From: Calcarisporiella thermophila CBS 279.70
Lineage: Eukaryota > Fungi > Calcarisporiellomycota
DNA length: 64,000 bases
Assembly (NCBI RefSeq): GCF_041956535.1
Contig: NW_027192212.1
Span: forward strand, 264,970-328,969
Direction: 5' to 3'
Part shown: one piece after another, positions 38,040 to 50,754 of the stretch
How positions within the stretch are numbered: the stretch's first letter is position 1
Layout: each line of letters begins with the position of its first letter
Position numbers and translations under genes: made by a program
The notes under the pieces: generated by a model
The model's input: only the letters and a program-made list of their open reading frames with translations
What the model was told of the DNA's origin: nothing
Databases searched by the model: none

Positions 38040-39429
38040 ATGCCGCGATCAAAGGGACAAGCCCAACAAAAATTTATACGTAAATCATCGCCATCCTCTA
38101 TTTCTTCCTCCTCTTCCTCCTCTTCTTCTTCCTCCTCTACCTCCCCCTCCTCCTCCCCATCTACTAGGCGTACATCACAAATAGGTTCTCGTCGTAAGCA
38201 AGTCGCTCGACTTTCACGGTATCAGCCATGGATAGTTGAATCCAAGCCAGATGCAGCTGAAAGAGAAATGGACAAGCGTTTTCAGGACTTGTCGCTCGTA
38301 AGCCGCCGTGGAGTGTTAGATCGACCGGTAAAGGGCGAAGACGAGTGAGATTAAACTAAATTTACGTACATGTTAATAGGTTTTAAAATTATAATTTTGT
38401 GCAATTTAGCCTTACAACTAGGGAAGCACAGGTTCTGCTCTATAAGCATTTGCAAAAAAAAGTGAGAGAGAGAATAAATGGATGCATACTTGATAAGAAA
38501 ATGCTTATTGTAGCTATAGGTTAGGCGGCTTCAACGAGTTACTCCTGAAACAGGACAATTACCAAAGGAATTACAGGAGCAATGGGTTGCGGTTGTTTGT
38601 CTTTTTCGTAAGATTATTTGATTTATTTTCACCTTCTTCTTCCCTATACTAACGTCTTTTTTTAGGTAAGCTTAGAGAGGGCATAATGTCATCACATTCC
38701 AAGGATAAATTTGCCATCAAAGGTAGTGTTGCTATTTCAGTGCTTCGCTCATTTTCTTATTAGATAATAAGCAGAATATGTTTGAACTAATGAGTTTAAC
38801 TTTTAGCATACGAGAAATCGGCGGAGGCATGCATACAGGCTAATGATTTTGGAGAACTACTGAAAAGCCTAAAGGTGCTAATTGAAGATCTATACCCGGC
38901 AGCCGCATTAGCAACCTCAAGCAATTCTGTTGATGAATCTCCCATAAAAACATGTCGCAATCGCCCTAATTTTCTCGCATATTATCTTCTTTACCATGCC
39001 TATTATCTTACTCCACCCGATCGCACCACTATCTATCGTATCTATTACTCTCACCCACTTTCTGTTCGCCAACATTCATCTGTAAAATTTGCAATGAGCG
39101 CATGCGCCCTTCACGACGACTGGGCAGCATGGTCACGTCTTCGAGCACAAGCTACCCCTATGCAACGCCGAATTCTGGATACGGGCCTACCTTGGTTACG
39201 TGGGAGATGGCTGCGTGTGATGACAAAGGCGTATTACTCTTTACCCTTGAGGATTGTAAAAGAGCGATTGGCATTCTCTACCGAAGAACCAATAGAACAA
39301 GGTGAAGCCCCAATGCAAACAGACGGAGAGGAAGCTTTGACGCGACTATTAAAGGAAACAGCTGGCATCTCGCCTGAGGAACAAGTGCAAGGGGGAATGG
39401 TATATTTTCGTAAACCAAGAAAAAGGTGA
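38040..39429 (+). CDS. Small SAC3/GANP/PCI-like protein; 5 exons
   Basis: Ser-rich N-terminus, then LFRKLREGIMSS..DKFAIKAYE...ANDFGEL...L...LY and a C-terminal LRGRWLRVMTKAYYSLP, resembling SAC3/GANP/LENG8-type PCI domains. Confidence 0.62.
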
Positions 39430-39768
39430 TAGGAGTTACCTCTTTTATATTAACATCAATAAACATTGATTCAATTAATTGAATGGCAGTTGTAACAACA
39501 AATATCCTATCATAACATTGTAATATCTTTGGTGAAAAATACTAGGACAATGTTGAATGTGATACTTGTAGCGAGCAATAAGCGCGATTAGGCTACATGT
39601 CTTCATTCGAAAGATTTCCTGTAGGTGACTATTTAAACATAAAAGTTTTGGGAGGGATTCCATCAAAATGAATAAAAAAAGTTTTTGTTTTGTTTTATTA
39701 TTTTTGATTTACATAAAGAAAATTGTAAGAAATAAGAACGTGTAGTATCTGCGGTAGTAGGAAGAGGT

Positions 39769-40549
39769 TTAGTCTAAATGATTGAAAAGAGGAAATTAGT
39801 CTATTTGTTATAAAGTAAAGAATTCAAATATAACTTACTCTTCTTCTTCGACACACCGACAGTGCGGCCACGGCGACCAGTCGTCTTGGTGTGCTGACCA
39901 CGCACACGGAGACCCCAGTAGTGACGAAGACCACGGTGGGCGCGGATCTTCTTGAGCCTCTCAAGATCCTCACGAAGCTTGTTGTCAAGACCGTTCGAGA
40001 GCACCTGCGAATATTTGCCGTCGACAATATCCTTCTGTCTGTTGAGGAACCAGTTGGGGATCTTGTATTGGGTAGGATTCTGGATAATGGTGACGATGCG
40101 TTCCAATTCTTCGTTGGAAAGTTCACCAGCACGCTTGTTGAGGTCAACATCGGCCTTCTTGCAAACAAGGTTAGCATAGCGACGACCCACACCCTTGATT
40201 GCGGTCAAGGCAAACATGATCTTGACACGACCCTATAAAGAAACACTTAAAAAAATGGAACTAGAATCGAACCCATCATTAAGCCAACTTACATCCACGT
40301 TAGTGTTCAACAAACGAAGAATGTGCTGAAACTGGTTTTTTTCCGATACGACGAGCGACTATAGTAGTGGATGAGAAAAAAAAATAAAGGTTAGTGTTGT
40401 TCATCAGCAACAAGATCTCGATCCACTTCATGACTAGAAATCCATCTTTGGACCCATTTTCATGTATCTTTCATCCATCCGTCCATCCATCCATTATGGT
40501 GTTCATCATTCTTCTCATGCGCGAATCTTCATCTATGGATACTCACCAT
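39769..40549 (-). CDS. RPS18: 40S ribosomal protein S18 (uS13); 4 exons, ATG-only first coding exon
   Basis: [28 protein letters not shown] and [26 protein letters not shown]; 5-nt coding terminal exon. Confidence 0.97.
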
Positions 40550-41068
40550 GATAGATATATATATTCGCTATTCAAAGTCGAAAAGGAAGGAACAAATAGA
40601 GGGGTAAAAAATCGGTATATCTTGCTTTCAGGGGATACTGCGGATATCTATCGGATAATGAATAAGCCTATTTAGTGGGGCCAAATTGACAGAAAAATGG
40701 TTTTTCGACTTTTTCGACCTAATCTAAGATCCATATAGAATCCAGTTGACATCTTATGAAATTAATCTCCAAAACCATAAAAGAATTCACCAGTAATTGG
40801 TTTAATATTGATATACAAGTAGAGCTGCATCTTGGTCAGTTTTAATAGTCATGAAATAAGCGTATTTAAATTAAACGAAATTGTTAAATCTTAATTTACT
40901 AAAACAAATCTAACTTTTCAACCATAATCACATTCTGATCAAAGATCAAAATAACGATGATAAATATTACAAAATAAAAAGGAAGGGTAAATAAACTAAA
41001 TAGAATTATACATGCAGCATAAGAAAAGAGCAGATAACAACTAAGATTGAAATTTTCTTAATAAAGTT

Positions 41069-42691
41069 CTATGCGATTTCGGCCTTGTTCTTTTCTTTTA
41101 AAGATTCAGTAACATATCCATCCTTAAACTTGCCAGTACGCGGATTAAAGCCTTTGGAGAAGATTTCTTCCATTTCTTCAAGAGAGCGACCCTTCGTCTA
41201 AAATATAAAACAAAAAATTAATTAAATGTGGTCACATATTGAAAAAGTCGATATTATATAAATACCTCAGGGAACTGGAGATATACGTGGACTGTCATCA
41301 AGAAGTTGAAGGCACCAAAAAGTAGGTAAAGGCCATACTGGATGCGGACCATCAAGATGGGAACAACAAAGCTGAGCAACCAGTTGAAAAGCCAGTTCGA
41401 AGCGGTGCAGAGCGCAATAGCCTTGGCGCGAATACGAGTAGGGAAGATCTCGGCAGGATAAATCCAGCCAACTATTGGAATGAAGAATATAATGAGTAAT
41501 GAGTTAGTAAATAATTCATAGAAATGGGAAAATACCTGGTCCCCAAGTGGAAGCGAAAGCAGCAACGAATAGGTATACCATTGAAATAACTGCTTTAGTA
41601 GCTGCTTCATTACCCTGCATATCCCAGATGGCTTGGCCTCCTTCAAAACCGGGTTTTCCAACCCCCCCCATCACTCCGCCGACAATGAAGAGGAATGTCG
41701 CCATCAAAGCGGATCCTGCCATAAGTGTGCCACGGCGACCCCAGCGGTCAACAAAGAGAATAGCAGGCACAGTCATGACCACGTTAACGATGTAATTAAT
41801 CCCACTTGCAACAAGGTTCGCGTCAACCCCCTGAATCCCAGCATGTTGGAACAGATAAACGGCATAAAACATGATAATGTTCATACCAGTGAGCTGCTGC
41901 CACATCTGAAGTGACACACCAAGGAAAACACGCTTGAACATCCCATGTTTGAAAAGCTCGAGGTAAGACCGAACAGCAACTTCGTGATCGAATCGAATGG
42001 CCTCTTTGATTTTATTATATTCATTCTGCACATCAGGATGGTTTACGTCACCATCACCATGAATGGAGGCAAGGACTTTGAGCGCTTCTTCTTCACGATC
42101 CTGGTCCATTAGCCAGCGAGGCGAACGCGGGAAAAACCACATACCGACAAAAAGAATGAGAGCAGGAATACCTTGGACTCCATAAGGGATACGGAAGGCA
42201 GCTTCACCGTCAATTTTAGAACATCCATATTGGATCCAGAACGCAATACAGATACCCCAAGTGATGGCCCATTGCTGAATGGCGACCAGACGACCACGGA
42301 TGTTGGGTGGAGCAAGCTCACTCTGATAGAGCGGAACCAGCATAGAAGTAAGGCCTACTGAAAGACCAGCGAGAACACGGCCAGCAATCAGCATGGCGAC
42401 ACCGTTTGACAACGCTTGAATGAGTGCTCCGACCATGAAAATGAAGGCAGCAATGATTATCGACATTTTACGACCAATCTTATCAGCAGGGTAGCCGGAA
42501 ATGAGCGCACCAACCAAACATCCTGCAGAGAGAGAGCTGTTGATGCCGCCCTGAAGCACTTCATCCGGGGAATTGAAGAAGTTTTTGTACTGTGGAGTGA
42601 GAATGACACCCGAGTTACTTCCAATGTCAAATCCGAAAAGAAGACCGGCAATGGCCGCAAAGCCACCGATCACATAGATATTTTTAATCAT
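41069..42691 (-). CDS. MFS sugar porter, high-affinity glucose transporter (HGT1-like); 3 exons
   Basis: GLLFGFDIG, DKIGRK, PLYQSELAPPNIRGRL, PRSPRWL, QQLTGMNIIMFY, DRWGRR, WIYPAEIFP and PETKGRSLEEM. Confidence 0.95.
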
Positions 42692-42971
42692 GGCGTCGAG
42701 TATTTAAGCAGGATCAGGTATTAGAGGTAATGTGTATCAGGATTGTTTTGTAGTTAGGGCCAACGACCTCCTCAGGAGGATTACAGGAGTGTGCAAATAA
42801 TAAAACAAAGGCGCGGCCGGGCAATATTGCACAAAGGAGAAGAAAAATTAAGCAAGCGTTACGAAAAGGCTGCCGGCTGTTTATATAAGTCGAAATCCAT
42901 CGAGGAGGTCTCGGTCACTGGCCAGAACTTTGGCCGACAATCGACCCCCATTTCAGTTACAGTTCATGGGA

Positions 42972-43371
42972 GCGGGGTGGACCAGCTAATCACGGGCGTG
43001 TAACTGCTGGGGAAAAAGGCTTTGTGCCGGGTTGGCCTCGAAATCATTGGTACCCCCCACACTGCGCGGGGATGGAATTGATTTCACGCGACCCTCTTAG
43101 GTTTTGGAACTGCATGGCCAACCTCTTCCCACTGGCACCGAGGGCTTTGGTCCTTTGAAATTGCAGCCGCATTCCGACTCAGCTGCACTACCACGCGGCC
43201 TTTTTTTGGCCGCAGAGCGTGAACGGCGGGCATCTTTAGAACCTGCTTTTGCCCTCGTTTCCCCCCCAGACTCCTGGCCGCTCCCTACTTTTCCCGACCG
43301 CGCCCCCGACCTCCCGCCGCCAGCTCACAAAAGAGACTTTGACAGTCGAAAGGGCCCAGGAAGCAGTGGAG
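42972..43371. promoter_or_regulatory. Cluster of CreA/Mig1-type SYGGRG sites upstream of the sugar transporter
   Basis: GCGGGG at 42972 and 43066, CTGGGG at 43007, CCCCAC at 43055, CCCCAG at 43264, GTGGAG at 43366. Confidence 0.45.
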
Positions 43372-46300
43372 ATAAGCTGGCCAGAACCCTAAAGCCTGGC
43401 CGTGCGATTAGAGTTATCTGCGATAAAGCCTCAATACTCTCCCTGGAAATTAAGGCCTTCTAGTCGGAGAAGTAGATCCTCAGAATGGATAAAAGGCTAA
43501 GCTTACTGTGTTCAAAACTCCAAACTTAGAATGCCCCTTCTACTAGCCCGAGAAATGACGTCCGAATCTAAGAGCCGCCGGCCCCCCCCCCCCATCTGAC
43601 TTGTGAGCATCCAAGAAACATACTTCTTGCCGAATCTCCTTCTAAATACGCCATTTTTTCTGGATTTAGAATGGGCTCTCCCACACTGCTTAATGAAACT
43701 GTAGTTTGCACTCTGCCAGCTCATCCCCTTCCATCCTCGTTATCTTTGAGAATGGATCTTAAGGGCTATTTTTTCTTCTACAGCTACCATAACCTTCCAA
43801 TTCATATCATGAAGAGCCTATTACATGAGCAAAATGCCCTTTAGGTAATAGAAAATAGGCACTACCCCCTCCTTCTCAATCTAAGTTGACCTTTGGGCAG
43901 CATATTAGACATTTAACTCCTGTCTTGTCCTCCTCGAGATAAGAGCACATCAATGAAAAAATCGTATGGATTGGCTCTCGCTCGTAGCGAGAGGATCACA
44001 CACTAGAAATTTAGATATGAATTAATTCAGTGCATGAGAACATGGGCGCAAACTTAGATAATGATCAACACAACGCTTGTTCTCTGCTGACAGTCTTGGG
44101 GGAGCTCCATTTTCTCAACCCTGCTTACCCAACTGTCGCAAGAAAAAGTATTCTCTACACTCAAGCCGAAAACCCATCATAGCTCTGCACTGGTGCCATT
44201 CCATTCTTTGACAGAATTTTCGAAGTGTTCAAATGGCACAAAACGCTCGGAGAACGCCTAAAATGCCAATGACAAAATCTGAACTCCTCTTTCTCTTGTC
44301 TTCCATTCTAACCACGGCCGCAAAGCAACCCCCAAATAGTGGTGAGGCCATTCTATGGATAGTAACTTTGACAGGTTCTCCCGTGTGCTCGTTCTTACAA
44401 TTTCGGCAAATTCCTCGGCCCTCCCCGCGGGTAAATAACCCTTATAGCGGGGTTTTCCGTCCTGTGAGCTCACTTGATGAATTGGTTGCGGGGCTGATGT
44501 CTGCAAGATGAACTCCCATAAAATTTATGCTGAAAATTTCTTAGGCTCAAAGCTTAGCACAATCGCTTGAGGGTGAAGAGTGCTGATTACAAAATTTGGA
44601 ACAATTTAATAATTTCTGGCCAGCTCCGACCCCCAAAATTTCCCCCAATGGTGTATCAAACCTCCATATATATATATTGTATTTAGCACCGATAGATCTA
44701 TCGCCCAATTATCTTTTTGTGCTTGTATTAAAAGTCTCCACAGAAACCCATCGATTTCTTGCTATCCACGAAGTAACAAAGGTCACGTTTTCCTCTACTA
44801 TACTACTTCCCCTTTTCTGTCGATGAAATGCACATATTTAGTTAGCAATACACTCACACACCACTAAATCAACGTTAAAAGGAAACTTGTCACTTGAATA
44901 CTATATGTCCCACGATCCTTTCAGATATGCACATCAGTTTTGGCGCCTATAGAGCATATAGAATGGGGTATTGTTGGAACAAGAGCCCCTCCTCTAGTAG
45001 GTTTGATCCCTCAGTATATCAGGATAGCATCAATATATATAGTTAGTGGATGCACCTAACGATCCATCCGCTAATTAAATACATTTCAGGAAGCGAAATG
45101 TCCTCTCAGGTTACTAGTAAAATTGCAGAACTTACGGGTTCACCTTCTACTAAATAAGACATTCCTAGGGTGTCCAAAAAATAAACAATCCAAGAGGATA
45201 CATACTAAATGCATACTAAAATTTGTATGGCTGTCGAGTGATACACAAAGATAGAGAATTAGAATCAAAAAATACGATATTTGCATCCTCCATCTGTGTT
45301 TAAAGTAGGACGGCAATATCTCCAATAAGATATTACTTTATCAAGCAGAAATAATGGCTCTTCTTTGTAAAGACCCTTTTTTCAGAAGACTAGCCTCTTA
45401 ATTTCGAATTAATACATCCACTTTATAGACGCCTGAAAATCATCCACTCTATGCGGTAGGAGTGAATTTTGTTAGGAGTGTGGATAATCCGTTCCCTTTT
45501 TTTTATATTATCGGAAATGAATCTGAATCTCATAGTACATTATCTTATATTAGTTTAATTCGGACAGCTTGGATTTCTATGAAGAATAGAAAGACAAAAC
45601 CAAAAAGAACTCATAGTAGCTCAATATAATTTTTATCTTTGATAAACCATGATTCGGCAAGGTAAAACGCTCGTTGTAAACTATGGAAATCGAATGTTCA
45701 AAAATAAAATAAAAGGTTGATGATCCTAGCCTAAATATACTTCCAAACTTCACCCAAATAGCGTGCAACTCTGATGAGGGTATATATTACATGAAATCTA
45801 AACTAGTCTAAGTTCGGAAGGCGAATTATATTTAATAAATTACCATTGAAATCTTAGCTTGGCTAAACGCGAGTGTTACTAACTTTATTATTTTCGAGTT
45901 TACAACAGGCTAGTGTAATTTTACTAGTAAACTTGATAAATTCCGTTTAACTCGTCACACTACTATCAAATCCCGATTAAAAAGCCTTTTATTAGTGCCT
46001 ATGGAGAATGCAGTCAACTTATGTACACTTTAGGCTGCAGAGTTACATAGAATTTAAAACAAAGAGGGTTGTTTGTCTCACACAATGTAATAAACCACAG
46101 CCTAAACGAAATCAACCTTGAAGAGAAGAAGCAATAATTAAGTTCATTCAAACAGTAGGCTGTGTCAGTCTCAATTCCAACATCATATGATGGATCTGGC
46201 CATGGGTGCATAAAAACAAGAATGCATAAGTCGAACCGTTAGATTTTGATATATCTATATCAAACACAACTATATGCTTTGCGAGCAATGGACTTTTGTC

Positions 46301-46576
46301 CTCAATGATTCAATTCTCAGAAGATTTGTGTCTGTTTTCTTTGTGATCCAACCTTGGACGGAAAACTATCATCTCCTATTATCGCTTGTGCTTTTGTGGC
46401 TGTACCCAGTTACAGTGTAAAGCTGAGCGCATTTGTGGCGGTGTTTTTCTTTCAGCGAATAAGCTGCGAGGCGATGGATGGCATAAACAGAATAAATAAG
46501 GGTGCTCGTTGCAAATCTTCCTGTTTTTCTTTATTCCTGTCTCTCTCATTTATTTTACGTGAATACCTTCATAATA

Positions 46577-47152
46577 ATGGAAAAGAATACCCGCACCGAC
46601 AATATCAGCGCTGGTGGATTTACCTATCCGCCACCGCCACCGCCTCCTCCCGCCCCCTCACATTCTACTTCACCACAGTTCCAGAGTGATTCCACCTCCA
46701 ATCCATACCATCAGCCATCGTCTCAGTATCAACAAGAATTCAATTATCCTCCACCACCTCGTGATGAGAAAGGAAACATTTACCAAGGCAATACTCCCTA
46801 CTATCAGCCAGCACCTCAACAGCAAGTAGTATATGCGGATACTACTGTAAGAGTAGATAACAACATTCCACTCATATTGTTTATTGCCGGTTTTTGCTTT
46901 CCTATCCTCTGGCTGGTGGGTAGCTGCTATCTAAGAACTCCTGGTACCTACGATTGTTTTGTAAATGGCTTCAATTTATTAACTTTTCTATTTGTAGACC
47001 CAAAACAGCGTATCTGGGCAAAACTTTCCCTTGTCTGCTTCATCCTCACCCTAATTGGGGTGATTGTAGCCGTGGTTCTTTATATCAAAGCGCTAAACAC
47101 TGTGCAATGCATTTATTCAAGTTATTCAAGTAAATCCTTCGGACATTGTTGA
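46577..47152 (+). CDS. Pro/Gln/Tyr-rich membrane protein with two C-terminal hydrophobic helices; probable 54-nt in-frame intron 46944-46997
   Basis: YPPPPPPPP and YPPPP tracts, then LILFIAGFCFPILWLVG and IWAKLSLVCFILTLIGVIVAVV. Confidence 0.75.
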   Translation: MEKNTRTDNISAGGFTYPPPPPPPPAPSHSTSPQFQSDSTSNPYHQPSSQYQQEFNYPPPPRDEKGNIYQGNTPYYQPAPQQQVVYADTTVRVDNNIPLILFIAGFCFPILWLVGSCYLRTPGTYDCFVNGFNLLTFLFVDPKQRIWAKLSLVCFILTLIGVIVAVVLYIKALNTVQCIYSSYSSKSFGHC

Positions 47153-48401
47153 TTATTTATAAATTAGTACATATTATCACCCGTTTTCCCCCCTTTTCAG
47201 TGTCTCTTAATATACTCTACCTATAATTTAACCCATCTATTCATTTCTATGCTCCATTAGTTGAGAACACTCAAAAGATTTGAATTTTGGGTGAGTCATT
47301 CATTAAAATATCGAGTATATACAATGCAAACCGCAATTTATAAATTGGGTAAACTAATCATCTCCTTTAACACATATTTTGCATAGTGTGATCACATCTG
47401 AAAATAAACTCTTGTGATAAACATGGGGTCTCTACAATTGCGTAGAATCTCTCCTAGAAATATGCCAAAATATTTCGAGGGAATTATAAGTACAGTGCGA
47501 GACTCAAGGAGTTTAGACCATCTGGTTTCAAATATCTGTCTGTCAATTTAATTTTCTAGCCGAGCATGGTTGAAATTTACTGAGCTCCGTTTGGAAAGAT
47601 GCTCTACGTCATTTTACCCAATATGCCTTGTATTATTTTGATAAGCACGATCTATCGAAATCTTTTGGATATTAGAACAATGCCTAGTTTTGGAGCTAAT
47701 TATTGCTCCATCACCTCGTTGTATACCAACAATATTTTTCGTCTATTGCCTCTCACACTACTATTCAACAGAAGCAGTCGCTTGTTACTCTCGGAATGCG
47801 TACTTTACAAATTTGCGGGCAGTCCAATAGACTTTGAACACACTTCATAAAAATAAAGCATATTGGGCTCATCGGTATATTTTCCTCGAAAGTGCAACCG
47901 CTTACGATTGTTTCTCGTCTCAGATCGAGAGTTAAATCGATCGGGCAAGATTCTGGCTGCTATGGGTTGTATTTTAAAGGAGATCATTTGGGATGCATTT
48001 ACCCCTGCCCAAGATCGCATCCCACAGTAGTAAGTATGGGATGTGAGTGCAGCTTTTGCCTATCGGTTTCAATGCAATAGGGCGTCTACATCCCTGAGGC
48101 GTGTGTTAGAGATAATAGGGGCTTGATGGATTCGCATCAGGCTTACGTCGCCGCTTATCCTTGGGAACAACAGCGGCTAGGGCGGCTCTATCAGCCCGCA
48201 CTTGAAGATAATTCGCTCGTCCTTGAATTCTGTCATCAAACCAAGAAAACTCGGAAAGCGGGGTTCGAATTTCAGACGGAGAATATAATTTGCTAAATAA
48301 AAACTGGCTTGCATCCTTTTCAAGGCAAAGTTAAGACCCAACCTTTCTCTTCATCATATTTTTTTGGTCATTAGTGCCGCAACCCTTCGCATCTAGCATT
48401 A

Positions 48402-50484
48402 ATGTCACCGCCAAATTTCGGTTTCATACGTAAATATTTTTCGAGAAATGGCAGGACGGTTCACATTGATCCTGCTGTCGATTCGGAAAAATCGCATGAT
48501 CCGATGAGAACTTGGAAGCAGAAACTGGACATCTGGCTGATTAACGAAGGTGGCGTATACTTGCCAATTTCCCTCGATTATCGCACGGAATCCGTGTTAA
48601 CTATTGTTCTCTATGCGTTTCCCTAGGCTACTCAAAGATATTTGTTGGCGTTTGGATAATCTCGCAAATTCTGCTCTTCGTCTACGGATTTATCCAAGCA
48701 TATTTCTCCGACAATTACCGCACTGCTCAGCGCGTTGCCGGCGTCACTTATGGCATTGCTCGTGGAGCTGCCATGTGTTTGCACGTTGATTCGGGCATCG
48801 TGCTATTTCCCATGTGCCGTAATCTGCTCTCTTGGTTCCGTTCATCGAATCTAAATAAGGTGGTTCAATTCGATAAACACATTGCATTCCATAAGCTAGT
48901 AGGATGGTCTATCTTCTTTTTCGGCCTCCTCCATACGATTTGCCACTACGTCAATTTTGTCAGACTTGCCCGAACCAGCCCCAATGTCGTATCTCAGTTC
49001 TTTTACTATATGTTTGGTCACGGAGTGGGCTGGAGCGGCCACGTTCTTATTATTGTCATTCTTATTATGGGCGCAACTTCGGTTCCGAGCGTTCGCCGCA
49101 GTAATTTCGAGCGATTTTGGTACACCCACCATCTCTTCGTCATCTATTTCATTGTCTTCTCCTTCCACGGCGCCTTCTGCCTTGTCGCTAATGACCGCCC
49201 GCCCCTCTGCGTTAATATAGCATCCTTTTGGAAGTATTGGATCGCATCAGGAGTAATCTATACTTTCGAGCGGGTGATCCGTGAGTATCGTGCCTTTTTC
49301 CGCCGCTCCCACGTTTCCAAAATCGTCTTGCATCCATCGAAAGTTGTGGAGATCCAGATTAAGAAAGAGAACACGTTCTCCAATGTTAAAGCAGGTCAAT
49401 ACGTGTTTATTTGTTGTCCCGAGGTGTCCATCTGGCAATGGCATCCCTTTACTCTTACCAGCGCCCCCGAAGAAGACTATATATCCGTGCACGTGCGCGT
49501 TGTGGGTGACTTCACGAGAAATCTTGCGCGCGCATTGGGCTGTGGTGATGGCGACCGTGTAGAAGATGCTAACAACCAAAATGGTCGCCAGGAAGTAACC
49601 AAAGTCTTGCCCCGTATTATGGTCGACGGGCCATTCGGAACCTCAAGTGAAGATGTCTTCAACTTCGAAGTAGCTATGTTGGTGGGGGCTGGCATTGGGG
49701 TCACCCCTTTCGCCTCCATCCTCAAAAGTATTTGGTACCGTCTCAATTACCCAACCAAGAGTACCAAGCTGCGCAAGGTTTACTTCATATGGATATGTCG
49801 CGAATATGCGGTGAGCCTAGCCTTGCCCCCTTTTACACCCCCATAGACTGATTGGTTTTTTTTACTTTGACAAGGCTTTTGAATGGTTCCAGTCGTTGCT
49901 TAAGCAACTTGAACAAGAAGACATCAAACAGTTCATCTCCATCCGCACCTATCTCACAGGCAAATTGCGACACTCTTATGTGCGCAATATTCTACTCAAC
50001 TCCGAACCTACCCTCGCGGAGCCAGATCCAATTACGGGGTTGCAGTCGCCTACCTACTATGGGCGCCCGAATTTCCAAGCCATTTTCGAGGAAACCGCAA
50101 GTGCACATCCCGATACTGATGTAAGTGAAGAAAATAAGCCTGCAATTCATTTCGGTTCAAGTCGTATTTATAAGCAATGAATCGCTACTTTCGATTTAGA
50201 TTGGTGTGTTCTTTTGCGGGCCAGAGATTATTGCCAAGAATCTGGCGGACATATGCCGCAGGGATTGGAGTTGCGTCACTACTAGTGCGAATCCTCCTCA
50301 ATCCCGCCACCGGGCATCTGCCTGGCGCAAGACAATGGTCGAGGCGTTGGCTCCAAAACCCCAGACAATAACTGGCGTGAAATTCTTCTTCCACCAAGGT
50401 AAGATTCTTCTCAATGTAATTAATTGACTGCCTAAAAACTAACCACACCATGCTCTTCATTCTCTTTTTATAGAGCATTTTTAA
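48402..50484 (+). CDS. NADPH oxidase catalytic subunit (gp91phox-like, NoxB/Nox2 type); 5 exons
   Basis: N-terminal extension then WLINEG; heme His in FHKLVG..HTICH and FWYTHHLF..FHG; FAD motif WHPFTLTS; NADPH motifs DGPFG, GAGIGVTPF and FFCGP; ends EHF*. Confidence 0.95.
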
Positions 50485-50754
50485 TCATTTTGCCCGTTCA
50501 CCCGTTATCAAATATTGTACCTATGCATTGCTATTTAATCTTCTTGTTACTCGATCTGCAGGCAGACTTAGTTTATTTTTGAGACTTTTTGAAATAAAAT
50601 AAAGTTTTCGATTTACTTATAAAGAAAAATGAGGCTGGACAGGTCTTTATGGAAGGGTAAGTCCTAGCCACCGGGTAATCAAGATTCGCTCAAAGGGAGA
50701 GGAAACAATTTAAGGCGCCCTCTTGTGTGTCTGGACAACTTCTTCCTAGCCGCG

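Noticed and set aside
48240-48290. GGTTCGAAT T-loop-like word suggesting a tRNA
   Set aside because: No acceptor, D or anticodon stems could be folded around it.
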